Below are positions 28,273 through 37,713 of a stretch of DNA of 48,754 nucleotides, one piece after another. The notes below the pieces were generated by a model, which saw only the letters and a list, made by a program, of their open reading frames with translations, did no database searches and was not told the origin of the DNA. Source of the stretch: a virus (lineage: Duplodnaviria > Caudoviricetes). The position numbers and the translations under genes were made by a program. The stretch spans positions 1 to 48,754 of the IMG/VR virus record IMGVR_UViG_3300018073_000007; one strand, given 5' to 3'. Position 1 is the first letter of the stretch. Each line of letters starts with the position of its first letter.

Positions 28273-28839
28273 ATGGCCCAGCAGTCATACCAGGACTGGT
28301 ACCGGAACAACACCTACCCGGCTGGCACCGCGCCCTTCCGCGTCGCTGAGACATTCGGGCCGGCACCTCAGGGCCACGACCCTCTCGACAACCTCCGCAT
28401 GTACTGGCGGCGCACGCCAGAGGCCACCTACCCTGACGGCTACCTGGGGACGGTCCCCTCCCGCCGTGGGGACCGTCTCTTGGATGGACTGAAGTCCCGC
28501 GCCACCAATCGGCCGACGACCCGGGGCGTCCACAAGGGCGAGCGCATCGACTCCAGGGACTACCACTGGCCGGCCGAGTTCAACCTGTGGACCGGGCTGC
28601 AGTACCAGGCGGCGGGCATCAAGTTCTTCCCGCCTGGCATCGGCCAGTTCCTCCAGGATGAGCGGTACCCCACCGACCGGCGCAACGTCGGTCCTCGTAG
28701 TGTCCCGACCGGCAACCGCAACGCCAACACTGGCGGCGCACCCGGTGGTCCCGATCGCCGGCCTGTTCTGATAGGTCAAGCCCCTCCGTGGGGCATCCGT
28801 TCAAATCCAGGTATGGCCGTGCCATATCCAGGGAGGTAA
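28273..28839 (+). CDS. Hypothetical phage protein
   Basis: YPDGYLGT..SRR.DRLL..RGVHKGERID block; typical codon usage. Confidence 0.8.
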   Translation: MAQQSYQDWYRNNTYPAGTAPFRVAETFGPAPQGHDPLDNLRMYWRRTPEATYPDGYLGTVPSRRGDRLLDGLKSRATNRPTTRGVHKGERIDSRDYHWPAEFNLWTGLQYQAAGIKFFPPGIGQFLQDERYPTDRRNVGPRSVPTGNRNANTGGAPGGPDRRPVLIGQAPPWGIRSNPGMAVPYPGR

Positions 28840-28842
28840 GTC

Positions 28843-29436
28843 ATGCCAGAGAACCTTGGGGCGGCCTACGGGATGAGGTCCACTCGCAAGCAGGACCCGA
28901 CGTCACACTTTCAACCCCGGCCCAACGGGCCAATGACACCAGGTGGTCCCAACATGCAGGGACCATGGCCTGGGTTGAGCGGCGGCACCAAGGGTCCAGG
29001 TGGTGGCGGGTTCGTGGGCACGATGCCCACCGTGGGCGGGACGCCCAAGTACCAGCCTCGCGTCGGTCAGGGTGGCGTCGGTCAGCCCGGTGGCATGATC
29101 CCGCCAGGCGGGTACCCGCGCAACGGTGGCGTGCCAGGTGGTGGGTTCGTCAGCGGTGGCACCAAGTCCCCCCGTCCCCGCGGCGGCGGGTACGACGGCA
29201 GCGGGATCAACCCAGGCGGCGGCATCATGAACCCGCGGCCCACTCCTGGGATGAACTCCGGTGGTGGCATCATGAACCCGCGGCCCACCTCTCCTCCAAG
29301 CGGGCCAATCATGGCTCCTCCCAGCGCTGGTGGACCGCGTGTGGGTGGCGGCAAGCAGCCAAGGCCGCTCGGTTCGATGCCCATGCCCAAGGGCGGAGGC
29401 ATGTTGCAGCCGAAGCTGCCAAGGGTCAAGCGATAG
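28843..29436 (+). CDS. Gly/Pro/Met-rich basic low-complexity protein
   Basis: GGAGG SD; GGGIMNPRPT twice. Confidence 0.7.
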   Translation: MPENLGAAYGMRSTRKQDPTSHFQPRPNGPMTPGGPNMQGPWPGLSGGTKGPGGGGFVGTMPTVGGTPKYQPRVGQGGVGQPGGMIPPGGYPRNGGVPGGGFVSGGTKSPRPRGGGYDGSGINPGGGIMNPRPTPGMNSGGGIMNPRPTSPPSGPIMAPPSAGGPRVGGGKQPRPLGSMPMPKGGGMLQPKLPRVKR

Positions 29437-29481
29437 GGCGATATCACCTGGCCAAAGGACCTGATCTCGTAAGGTAGTGCC

Positions 29482-29580
29482 ATGAGCGATGCACCTGACG
29501 ACGACACCGTCGATGAGGGTGAGATCCCTGACGAGGAAGTCACGGACCCCTACGACCCCCTGGAACCCGACGAGTCCTGA
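29482..29580 (+). CDS. 32-aa acidic micro-ORF coupled to endolysin (not in ORF track)
   Basis: TAAGGT 6 nt before ATG; stop TGA shares a base with the lysin ATG. Confidence 0.55.
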   Translation: MSDAPDDDTVDEGEIPDEEVTDPYDPLEPDES

Positions 29581-30629
29581 TGGCCGTCACCTACCCGGAC
29601 GGCTACAACAGCCCGCCGACGCAGCGGACCATCGAAGAGGTCTTCGCCCGCGCCTCGGTGAAGATGCTCCACCCCGAGTACAAGAAGCGCTGGCATGGGC
29701 TGATGCTCGCCAGCGAGGGCAAGCTCGGCATCGGTGGTGCCGGCCGCTCGACGGCCCAGCAGCAGGCGGTGTTCCTCGACCGCCACTACGTCGTGACCTC
29801 GGGCGGCTGCTGCATGTGGCAGGGCAAGCGCTACCAGCTGAAGAAGGGTGCGGCCCACGCTGCGCCGCCGTTGCGCTCGTTCCATGAGAACATCGTCCAG
29901 GGCTACTCCGCTGCGGTCGATGCTGTCGGTGACCTGAAGTGGGCGGCGCTCAACTGCGAGCGGTTCGGGCTGGAGCAGGCCACCTGGGGTGGCGAGGTGT
30001 GGCACTTCCAGTTCACCGAGTTCCCGCACAGCGTGTCGGCGTGGATCAAGGCCGGGTCGCCACCGCCGATGAAGTGGGCGATCCCACTGCCGCCGCCGAC
30101 CACGACTCCACCTCCCACCACGACGCCGCCGCCGACCACGACACCGCCGCCCACCACCAACTGGGCCACCGACCTGATGAACAAGATGCCCGTGCTGAAG
30201 AAGGGAAACCAGGGCGTGCCGGTCAAGCGCTGTCAGCACTTCCTCGCCCTCGCCGGCCAGATGGACCCGGCCAACATGGGGAACTTCGACGGCGTGTTCG
30301 GCTCAGGTACCGAGAGCGCGCTCAACCGCTTCCTCGCCACCAAGGGTGCCCAGCAGGACGGCATCTGCGACCGCGACTGCTGGGACTGGTTCATGGAGGC
30401 CGGCAATGGCATCCCCAACCTCGTCAAGGGCAGCACCGGCATGGACGTGCAGCGCATGCAGCGCATGCTCTCGGCCAACGGGAAGATGGACCCCTCCAAC
30501 CGGGCCAACTTCGACGGTGTGTTCGGTAGTGGGACCGAGACGGCGCTGAAGTCCTTCCAGTCGTCCAAGGGACTGACCGCCGATGGGCAGTGCGGCCAGA
30601 AGACGTGGACGAGTCTGCTGAACGGCTGA
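29580..30629 (+). CDS. Endolysin: M15-type Zn peptidase, Pro/Thr linker, two peptidoglycan-binding domains
   Basis: RS..QQ, SFH...AVD and EVWH; (PPPTTT)n; DGVFGSGTE.A twice. Confidence 0.9.
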   Translation: MAVTYPDGYNSPPTQRTIEEVFARASVKMLHPEYKKRWHGLMLASEGKLGIGGAGRSTAQQQAVFLDRHYVVTSGGCCMWQGKRYQLKKGAAHAAPPLRSFHENIVQGYSAAVDAVGDLKWAALNCERFGLEQATWGGEVWHFQFTEFPHSVSAWIKAGSPPPMKWAIPLPPPTTTPPPTTTPPPTTTPPPTTNWATDLMNKMPVLKKGNQGVPVKRCQHFLALAGQMDPANMGNFDGVFGSGTESALNRFLATKGAQQDGICDRDCWDWFMEAGNGIPNLVKGSTGMDVQRMQRMLSANGKMDPSNRANFDGVFGSGTETALKSFQSSKGLTADGQCGQKTWTSLLNG

Positions 30630-30844
30630 CGACCTTTGAGGTCTACTTCACGATCCTGCGTCGCTTCGTCGTGTTCGGCCTCGGCTGCTGGGTCATCGGC
30701 AATGCCTTGGTGAACCCGGAGGAGCGCCTCGGTCAGTTGGCGGTCGGCATGGTGATGGTCGGCGTGCTGCCGATTGAGAACATCTTCTCCTGGAAGGTCA
30801 GCCGACGTGTGACCGAGGTGGAGGAGAAGCCTCATAGCGCTTAG
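30626..30844 (+). CDS. Two-TM membrane protein, holin candidate (start uncertain: 30590, 30605 or CTG 30626)
   Basis: Directly follows lysin; two hydrophobic helices and a charged C-terminus. Confidence 0.55.
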   Translation: MTTFEVYFTILRRFVVFGLGCWVIGNALVNPEERLGQLAVGMVMVGVLPIENIFSWKVSRRVTEVEEKPHSA

Positions 30845-30890
30845 GGCCTGAGTGATACCGTTCGATCAGTCATCCCTGAAAGGAACCTCC

Positions 30891-31076
30891 ATGAGCGATC
30901 CCGAGCCGAACGAAGAAGGCGAAGCGGAAGCAGTCACCGCCGTCCCAGCGGGGTACATCCCCGAGTCCTCTGCAGCCCTTGGCGAGACGGTCGTTGACGG
31001 TGACATCGTCATCGCTGACGCCGAAGGCAACCCAGTCGAGGTCCAGGAACAGCCTGGGACCGAAGACGACGACTGA
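30891..31076 (+). CDS. Small highly acidic protein
   Basis: AAGGA SD before ATG 30891; no Lys or Arg. Confidence 0.65.
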   Translation: MSDPEPNEEGEAEAVTAVPAGYIPESSAALGETVVDGDIVIADAEGNPVEVQEQPGTEDDD

Positions 31077-31090
31077 GTCGGAGATGATGG

Positions 31091-31501
31091 GTGGCCGTTC
31101 GCGTCGATAGGGAGGTCTTCGACCCCACCGCGGTCGCGAGCGGCTCGTCCTCCGGTGCCCAGATCATCGAGGACGGCGTACGCCAGAATCCTTGGCAGCC
31201 CCGCCCTTTCGCCACCAAGAACGAGTTCGTCGTCTCGGAGGCGCTTCGGCTGATGTCGATACCAGCCGAGGAGATTCGCCAGATCAGGCCAGTCGTGCCA
31301 CAGCAGCTGTTCCCGCCCACCGAGGGCTACGACCACCCACCGCTGACGATCGATGACATCTTGGACACCAACCGCTGGGAGCCTCAGTACCGCAGCTGGG
31401 TGTCGGGGATCACCCGTCAGCCGCGTCGGGTCGACTTCGTAGAGGACATGTGGTCGGGCACCCTCCGAGGCTTCACCGCCTCACCCAACCCTGCTGGATA
31501 A
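31091..31501 (+). CDS. Hypothetical protein
   Basis: GGAG SD; fills the operon. Confidence 0.7.
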   Translation: MAVRVDREVFDPTAVASGSSSGAQIIEDGVRQNPWQPRPFATKNEFVVSEALRLMSIPAEEIRQIRPVVPQQLFPPTEGYDHPPLTIDDILDTNRWEPQYRSWVSGITRQPRRVDFVEDMWSGTLRGFTASPNPAG

Positions 31502-31511
31502 GGAGATATCC

Positions 31512-31763
31512 ATGGCCGTCAATGACAGTCGCAGCATGATCGCTGACTTCCACCAGGGAGTCATCGACAACACCTACATGGCGATCGTCCCCAACCGGGG
31601 CAACGTCGAGATCCCGCCGTACGACCGCAAGACGTGGCCGACCTACCTGCAGGCCGAGAAGCACGTCGACCCGCCGTTCCTGGAGGCCCACCTCGGCCGC
31701 GCCCTGCTGCCACGCGAGGCCCGCAACGGCGATCAGGACCCCAGCGGCGACCTTCGCTACTGA
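31512..31763 (+). CDS. Hypothetical protein (MAVNDSRS N-terminus)
   Basis: AAGGAG SD. Confidence 0.8.
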   Translation: MAVNDSRSMIADFHQGVIDNTYMAIVPNRGNVEIPPYDRKTWPTYLQAEKHVDPPFLEAHLGRALLPREARNGDQDPSGDLRY

Positions 31764-31766
31764 GCC

Positions 31767-31973
31767 ATGACCAAGCGACAGGACGCGTTCCTTGTTGGAA
31801 CAGGTGCCGAGCCACCTGAGACGTTCTGCTGCGCTGAATGCGGCTATCAGTCCGCCAACCGCAAGAACTTCCGGCGTAGTGAGGACGGTGAGGCCCGTAC
31901 CTGCACCACCGGGCACTACGAGAAGAACGGCGAGTTGAAGCGCCAGAAGAACGCCTACGCGAGGCCACGCTGA
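31767..31973 (+). CDS. Small Zn-binding protein
   Basis: CAECG...CTTGH. Confidence 0.7.
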   Translation: MTKRQDAFLVGTGAEPPETFCCAECGYQSANRKNFRRSEDGEARTCTTGHYEKNGELKRQKNAYARPR

Positions 31974-32194
31974 TGGCTGACTCCAGCGGCCCGTATGATC
32001 CTTCGGGAGCGCTGACCCACCTGGTCACGCACTTCCAGAGCCGATCCATCACCGCCGATCACTTGGAACGAATGCATCCCTCCGTGCGCGACCACTACGT
32101 CAAGATGGCAGGCCTGAACTCCATGGCGATGTCCGAGCAAGGTTGGAGCGCCGTGATCGACCACATGCGAAGGGGAAAGTCATCCCACGGTTAG
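31973..32194 (+). CDS. Hypothetical protein
   Basis: TGATG coupling. Confidence 0.65.
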   Translation: MADSSGPYDPSGALTHLVTHFQSRSITADHLERMHPSVRDHYVKMAGLNSMAMSEQGWSAVIDHMRRGKSSHG

Positions 32195-32772
32195 TCACCT
32201 GTCACCTTTGCAAGGTCCTGCAGCGGATGCCCGACGTGCCCACAGGCGTGCCATACGTGCCGGCGCGCCTGGAGTGGAAGGACGGGGCCGACTACGTCTA
32301 CAAGGACCCCGACACCAACCTCGCGGTGATGGTGCCGGCGTACGACCCCGTGCTGGAGGACTTCGTCACCCGGCACCAGCACGGCCAGGACGACTCGATC
32401 TTCATCAACGGCGCGATCCAGGTTTGGAACATCGACCAGGACACTTGGAACGCCGTGGACGTGGTCAAGCAGATCAGCCAGGAGCTTCACGACCAGACCA
32501 ACACCTGGTACGAGGACCGCGACACCTATCGCGAGGGCGCGACGGCCTGCTACAACGACCACGGCAACCCGACCACCGACACTGGCTGTCCCGACTTCAT
32601 GGAAGACTCCAAGCGGATCGGTGACACCCACTACCGCGACGACGACGGCCATCGCCGGCAGATCCCTCGCCGGCACCAGATGTACCTGTGCCACTTGTGC
32701 CCCTACTACCAGAGCTACGTCCTGGTGGAGATGCGGCGCAAGTCGGGCGTCTACAAGGAAATCAACCGGTGA
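32182..32772 (+). CDS. Cys/His-rich hypothetical protein (start ATC 32182 or TTG 32143)
   Basis: RLVTCHLCK...CYNDH..C.D...YLCHLCP. Confidence 0.75.
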   Translation: MPRLVTCHLCKVLQRMPDVPTGVPYVPARLEWKDGADYVYKDPDTNLAVMVPAYDPVLEDFVTRHQHGQDDSIFINGAIQVWNIDQDTWNAVDVVKQISQELHDQTNTWYEDRDTYREGATACYNDHGNPTTDTGCPDFMEDSKRIGDTHYRDDDGHRRQIPRRHQMYLCHLCPYYQSYVLVEMRRKSGVYKEINR

Positions 32773-32775
32773 GCC

Positions 32776-33705
32776 ATGTCGGCCAACGAGCACCTTCAGC
32801 CCCGCCTCTTCGATCCAGGTCCGAAGAGGCCACTCTCCCCTGAGGAGAAGGGGCCGAGTGCGTGGTACGAGCACCACGCCGCTGAAGGCACCCTGGCGCA
32901 CCACGCCACCTTCCGTGACGACTGGCGCAGCGCCCCGACTGTCCACGCCGGCACGATCGGCCAGGCCTCGTACCGTCTCGATTCGGTCGCTACCACCCTG
33001 AAGCATTCGCCGCTTCAGGCCCAGTCGTACTACGACGCCAGCACGCCCGAGGACGGCTACGACGACGATGGTGGCGACGAGGAGCCGATCACCCACACCG
33101 GCCGGGTGTACGCCTTCCGCATGTCCGGTGGCGTCCACTCCAGCGTGATGAGCGACAAGGACGTCAACGACGCCGACTACCTCCACCAGCTGCACAGCGG
33201 AGCCGAGGACTGGGAGATCAGCCGCTCGGTGAAGGAGTCGCTTGGAACGGCAGGGTTCCACCTCCAGCAGCAAGTCCAACACTTCCCCGAAGACGAGCTA
33301 CCGGAGACGACGGCGACGAAGGCCTTGGAACGAGGCAAGGCGCTGCCATATCGCAATACGGTGGAATCCGAACCGAACATAGCTGCCGAGCGGGAACCCG
33401 CAGGGCCGAGAGAGTCACCCCTCGTGCCTCGTCAGTCGGTGCGGACCTGGGAGGACGACGTGCTCGCCAATCCGCACGCCTCGGAGTTGGCGCAGAACTA
33501 TGCCCGCCAGCGCGTGGAGAACCGCTCGGCTGGGTCGGTGGCGTTCCCCTCCACGAAGGTGACACCAGGCAGCGGTAGTACACAGGCTCCGCTGGATCAG
33601 TCGTTTGGCGGCTTCAAGACGTTTGGCGGTTCCACCAAAGTGACCAAGCCCGGGCGTCGCACGCTCAACCAGATGCAGTTCACCATCGATCCGGCCAACA
33701 AGTGA
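32776..33705 (+). CDS. Hypothetical protein
   Basis: 309-aa ORF; HAGT..QA..R motif; coupled to next gene. Confidence 0.8.
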   Translation: MSANEHLQPRLFDPGPKRPLSPEEKGPSAWYEHHAAEGTLAHHATFRDDWRSAPTVHAGTIGQASYRLDSVATTLKHSPLQAQSYYDASTPEDGYDDDGGDEEPITHTGRVYAFRMSGGVHSSVMSDKDVNDADYLHQLHSGAEDWEISRSVKESLGTAGFHLQQQVQHFPEDELPETTATKALERGKALPYRNTVESEPNIAAEREPAGPRESPLVPRQSVRTWEDDVLANPHASELAQNYARQRVENRSAGSVAFPSTKVTPGSGSTQAPLDQSFGGFKTFGGSTKVTKPGRRTLNQMQFTIDPANK

Positions 33706-34151
33706 CCGGCATCGTCGTCATCACCATCGAGGGCGTGCTCGCCAACAGCGACGACCTTCGACAGGCCCAGCCGACCAAGCAGGCCAAGTTGATCTACGAC
33801 GGTCTGCGGTCCCAGCACAACACGCTCCTGCTGACCCGCGCCACCGAGGACATCGCCAAGTGGTGGCTGAAGCGCGAGTACATCCTTCAGTGGTCTTCAG
33901 TGCTGTCATATCCCGCTACCACGGCGTTCACCTGGGAGGCCTGGAAGTTGGACCAGCTGCGCGGCCTGCTCGCTGAAGGCTGGGAGGTGTTCGCCTTCGT
34001 CGACCGGTCGCCCGATCTCGTCGAGGAGGCGGTCAAGCTCGGAGTCATGGGGTTGTGCGTGTCATATCCGCATATGCCCCTCGGCTGGCGCGAGGCTGGA
34101 GTACCCCGGAGCTGGGAGGACATCGTGACTACAGTTGACTCTCAGCCGTAG
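33702..34151 (+). CDS. HAD-fold-like protein with degenerate motif I
   Basis: VITIEGVL, LLTR, WK and FVD correspond to HAD motifs I-IV but the nucleophile Asp is missing. Confidence 0.65.
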   Translation: MTGIVVITIEGVLANSDDLRQAQPTKQAKLIYDGLRSQHNTLLLTRATEDIAKWWLKREYILQWSSVLSYPATTAFTWEAWKLDQLRGLLAEGWEVFAFVDRSPDLVEEAVKLGVMGLCVSYPHMPLGWREAGVPRSWEDIVTTVDSQP

Positions 34152-34160
34152 GAGGTTGAC

Positions 34161-35369
34161 ATGGGCTTAGGCGACTTCTTGGGTGGTGCAGCCGAGTCAG
34201 TGGGTCACTGGGTCGGTGGTGTAGCTGAAGGTGTCGGGACCGTCGTCACCCACCTGGACGACATCGCCCGTGGTGCTGCCTGGGCCGTCAACCCGACCCA
34301 CTACGACGACATCGCCCGGGGCGTCGGCAACGCTGCCGAGTTCGTCGGTGAGCACCCCGGCCAGATTTGGGACACCGGCTTCGAAGTCGGTCGGTACCTC
34401 GTCAAGGATCAGCTGCTGGATCCGAAGAACCTTCTCATCAACGCCGGCATGATCGGGTTGAGCGCTGCCACGGCCGGTGGTGCGTCGGGCATGATGGCCG
34501 CTCGGGTCGCCAACTGGACCCGCGAGGGCGTGGAGGCCATCCGTGGTGTCCGCGGCATCGAAGAGGTCGCCAGCGGTGCTCGGGCCATCGAAGGAGGCAT
34601 CGGTGCGGCCGAAGCGGCCGAGGCTGCCTCTACCGCTGCTCGCTCGGCCGGCCGGGTCGAGGGCTTCATGCAGCGGGCCGACAAGCTCCTGGGTGGTCCC
34701 GGGATGGGGGAGCGAGCACGCGAGCGGCTGACCGGTGAGGCGTACGGCCTCGTCAACCGCAGTCGCAACGCTCTGGCAGCGAACGTGGCCGAGCGGGGTG
34801 GACTCGCCGGCCAGATCGCCTCCCAGTCGATCAGCGTCGGCAGGGCACGGCCGATCATCGAGGGCAGCCGTGTCGGTCAGGGCGTCTCCGACGTGATGTG
34901 GCTGAACCGCCAGAAGGATCGCATCGAGAGCACGGCCGGCACGGTCAGCAAGCTCGGCCAGGAAGGCCGCGACCTCACCCAGGCCGTCACCAATCCGCTG
35001 GGCTTCGGCCTCCGCAAGGCCAAGGAGCACGGTTACGACGTCGAGGGCATGGCTCGCGAAGAGATTGGGAAGCTGGGCGAGAAGGCGGCGATGAAGGCGA
35101 TGAAGGGCGGCAAGCAGAAGCCCAAGCGCCCATCGGCATATGGGGATATGGCCGGTGGCGGTGGCGGTTACGCCCACTACTCGGCGGCCGACGGCGGGGC
35201 CGTCGGCGGAGCCGTCGGCGGCACGGCCCGGGTGACTCATGAGGGTGAGGAGACGTACTCCTCGCAGATCAACCCGATGGCCGGCCGGCGTCGCAGCAAC
35301 TTCTACGCCGGCACCAACGAGACGTACGGCGGTCAGCAGGCCGACCGTGACGAGTTGCTGGGCGTCTGA
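34161..35369 (+). CDS. Gly/Ala-rich helical protein (possible virion/ejection protein)
   Basis: GGAGG SD; TH.DDIARG repeat; amphipathic helices. Confidence 0.75.
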   Translation: MGLGDFLGGAAESVGHWVGGVAEGVGTVVTHLDDIARGAAWAVNPTHYDDIARGVGNAAEFVGEHPGQIWDTGFEVGRYLVKDQLLDPKNLLINAGMIGLSAATAGGASGMMAARVANWTREGVEAIRGVRGIEEVASGARAIEGGIGAAEAAEAASTAARSAGRVEGFMQRADKLLGGPGMGERARERLTGEAYGLVNRSRNALAANVAERGGLAGQIASQSISVGRARPIIEGSRVGQGVSDVMWLNRQKDRIESTAGTVSKLGQEGRDLTQAVTNPLGFGLRKAKEHGYDVEGMAREEIGKLGEKAAMKAMKGGKQKPKRPSAYGDMAGGGGGYAHYSAADGGAVGGAVGGTARVTHEGEETYSSQINPMAGRRRSNFYAGTNETYGGQQADRDELLGV

Positions 35370-36340
35370 TGGTCACCCCCTCACAGCAGGCCTACGACAT
35401 CCAGCGCGCCCGTGAGCGCGCCAAGACCCAAGGCCACGCTGATCGTCGTGCCATCGACGCCGACTACCGCAGTCAGGCAGCCAAGGCCAAGGCCAAGGCC
35501 AAGGCCAGGGGAGCCAGGAAGGGCTTCTGGGAGGGCCGGCCCAACGACGAGGGCACCGGCTGGATGAGCACCCAGCGCGGCGCTGCCGAGGGCCAGGCTT
35601 CCTGGACCAAGGTCCATCCGGGCCAGGCGGCTCGCCGGCCCAACGAAGTCGGCTTCCTCACCGGCAAGGTCTTCGGGATGATCCAGGATCGCCTCGACCG
35701 GCCCAAGACCAGTTCGGGGCTGCAGGCCGGTCAGGGTCAACCGCTACCGCCTCCGGTGATGCCACCGGGACTCCCTCCTCGCGCACCTGCCGGGGGCGGT
35801 AGCCCAGCTGGGGGCGGCAGCCCTCCTGCTGGTCCCCAGCTGGGTCAGCCGATGAAGCACCACTGGCTCAACGTCAAGCCCAGTTCGGGCCTGCCGGCCG
35901 GTGGCGGCGGGCCGTCACCAACGGCCGGCGCTCTCGGCACAGGGCAGCTAGGGCTGCCCTGGGGTGGTCGCCAGCCAGGCCAGCAGCGCGTGCTCACCGG
36001 TCAGCGCCCCCGCGGTGCTCTTGGAACAGGATCGCCAGCGCTCGGAAGGGGACCAGTGATCGACACCACGGCTCGCGACTCACCCAGCAACTACGGCAAC
36101 AAGTCGCCCGTGCTGGAGTTCGATGACGCTCCTGCTGACTCCGAGCACATGCGCTGGGCCAAGAAGGCCGGCGAGCGCGTGGCCTTCGCTGTCGACCCCG
36201 CCAACAAGATCCCGCTGGTCGACTCGCGGCTGGAGGGCACCAACCGTGGTGAGGCGCAGAAGGCCAAGTACAACGCGGCGTGGGCGAAGTCCGGGACCAG
36301 CATTCCCTCGGTCCACGGTGACGAGCCTCTCGAATACTGA
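35369..36340 (+). CDS. Basic Gly/Pro-rich low-complexity protein
   Basis: TGATG coupling at both ends; (AK)n tract; PAGGG repeats. Confidence 0.75.
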   Translation: MVTPSQQAYDIQRARERAKTQGHADRRAIDADYRSQAAKAKAKAKARGARKGFWEGRPNDEGTGWMSTQRGAAEGQASWTKVHPGQAARRPNEVGFLTGKVFGMIQDRLDRPKTSSGLQAGQGQPLPPPVMPPGLPPRAPAGGGSPAGGGSPPAGPQLGQPMKHHWLNVKPSSGLPAGGGGPSPTAGALGTGQLGLPWGGRQPGQQRVLTGQRPRGALGTGSPALGRGPVIDTTARDSPSNYGNKSPVLEFDDAPADSEHMRWAKKAGERVAFAVDPANKIPLVDSRLEGTNRGEAQKAKYNAAWAKSGTSIPSVHGDEPLEY

Positions 36341-37713
36341 TGCAGCTGTTCTTCGCCGGGGCCGAGGTCCCCTCTCACCTCAACGTGCTGCGCCAGTGCG
36401 GCGTGCAGCGCGTCGCGGTGAGCGTCTCCAACCTGGCGCGCAACTCTCACGACCTGGAGCACTGGGCCTCGCGTGATCGCCTCGGTGGGCTGGAGTGGGT
36501 GCTCTACGCCGATGGTCCCAACGTCCCGGTGGGGCCGGCGCTGGAGGTCCTCCACGGCGCTGAAGTGCAACCAGAGATCGTCACCGGACCCATATCGTGG
36601 TATGAGACGACGTGGTTGTCGAACAGCGATCTCCTGTTCCTGCCGATCTGGGACGCCACCGATCCCACCGTCCTGCGGGACTACACCGAGAACTACGACG
36701 GCGTCACCCTGCCGGATTCCGTGGTCGACAACCCAGTGGCCGTGCGACAGGCCCGGGCGTCGGTCAAGCGGCTGGGCCAGCTGGCGGCGCTCACCGGGCG
36801 GTCGAAGGGGATCGAGCGTTTCGACACCCTTGTATCGAGCGCCTGGTGGGCAGTCCAGAAGTACGGCGAGACGCAGGTGTGGGCAGCCAACCGACTGGTG
36901 CGGCTCAACGCCGAGGACAAGGCCAACAAGCGCGCCCGCTACGCCGAGGCCATCGCAGCGATGGGCGTCAACATGGACAAGATCGCCGTCGATGACCCGA
37001 CCGAGACGGTCACTCTGGCGGTGCGCTCCTGGCAGGCCTTGGAACAGCATCTGACCACCTCTCCGCACTCTCTGGCGGTCGTTCCCGACCAGATAGTTAC
37101 CAATGGGCGTGCTCAGTCAGTGCGACCAGTCCAGGTCACCCCACCAGACGAAGTTGCCAATGGGGTGGACCAAAGCCGGCACCTGGTGTTGCCAGTGATC
37201 GGAATGACCAGGCATGGCGTGACAGGCCACGACGCTGACGGCAACGAGTTCGAAGACAGCGTCTCCACGATCGACGTGAAGCCCGAGAGCCTGCGCCAGT
37301 GCAACACCTGCGCCCTCGCTCTGACCTGTCCCAGCCACTACCCAGGTGCCGCCTGCAGCTACCAGATCCCTGTCGAGATCAAGACGAAGGTGCAACTGGT
37401 CAACGTGCTCCGGGCCGTGGCCGAGATCCAGACCCAGCGCGTGCTCATGGGCCGGTTTGCCGAGGAGATCCAGGGCGAACCCAATCCAGACCTGGGCAAG
37501 GAGATGGACCGGCTGTTCGCGATGGTGGAGCGCTGGCGCGCCATCGAAGACACCCGAGACACCATCAAGATGACCTTGGAGTCCAAGGGCGACACCCGTG
37601 CGGCGAACGGTGTGCTCTCTCGGCTGTTCGGCACCCAGGTGGGCCAGAACGCCATCCTGTTGGAGGAGCCGATCGACTCCAACGACATCATCGACCAGAT
37701 GACCGAGGACTGA
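36340..37713 (+). CDS. TGT/DpdA-like TIM-barrel (degenerate) + Cys cluster + helical domain
   Basis: Alternating beta/alpha N-half; FDTLVSSAW..YG; CNTC-x5-C-x8-C. Family call is tentative. Confidence 0.5.
   Translation: MQLFFAGAEVPSHLNVLRQCGVQRVAVSVSNLARNSHDLEHWASRDRLGGLEWVLYADGPNVPVGPALEVLHGAEVQPEIVTGPISWYETTWLSNSDLLFLPIWDATDPTVLRDYTENYDGVTLPDSVVDNPVAVRQARASVKRLGQLAALTGRSKGIERFDTLVSSAWWAVQKYGETQVWAANRLVRLNAEDKANKRARYAEAIAAMGVNMDKIAVDDPTETVTLAVRSWQALEQHLTTSPHSLAVVPDQIVTNGRAQSVRPVQVTPPDEVANGVDQSRHLVLPVIGMTRHGVTGHDADGNEFEDSVSTIDVKPESLRQCNTCALALTCPSHYPGAACSYQIPVEIKTKVQLVNVLRAVAEIQTQRVLMGRFAEEIQGEPNPDLGKEMDRLFAMVERWRAIEDTRDTIKMTLESKGDTRAANGVLSRLFGTQVGQNAILLEEPIDSNDIIDQMTED

Noticed and set aside
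30088-30160. PPPTTT repeat in the endolysin
   Set aside because: An ordinary inter-domain linker with varied codons.
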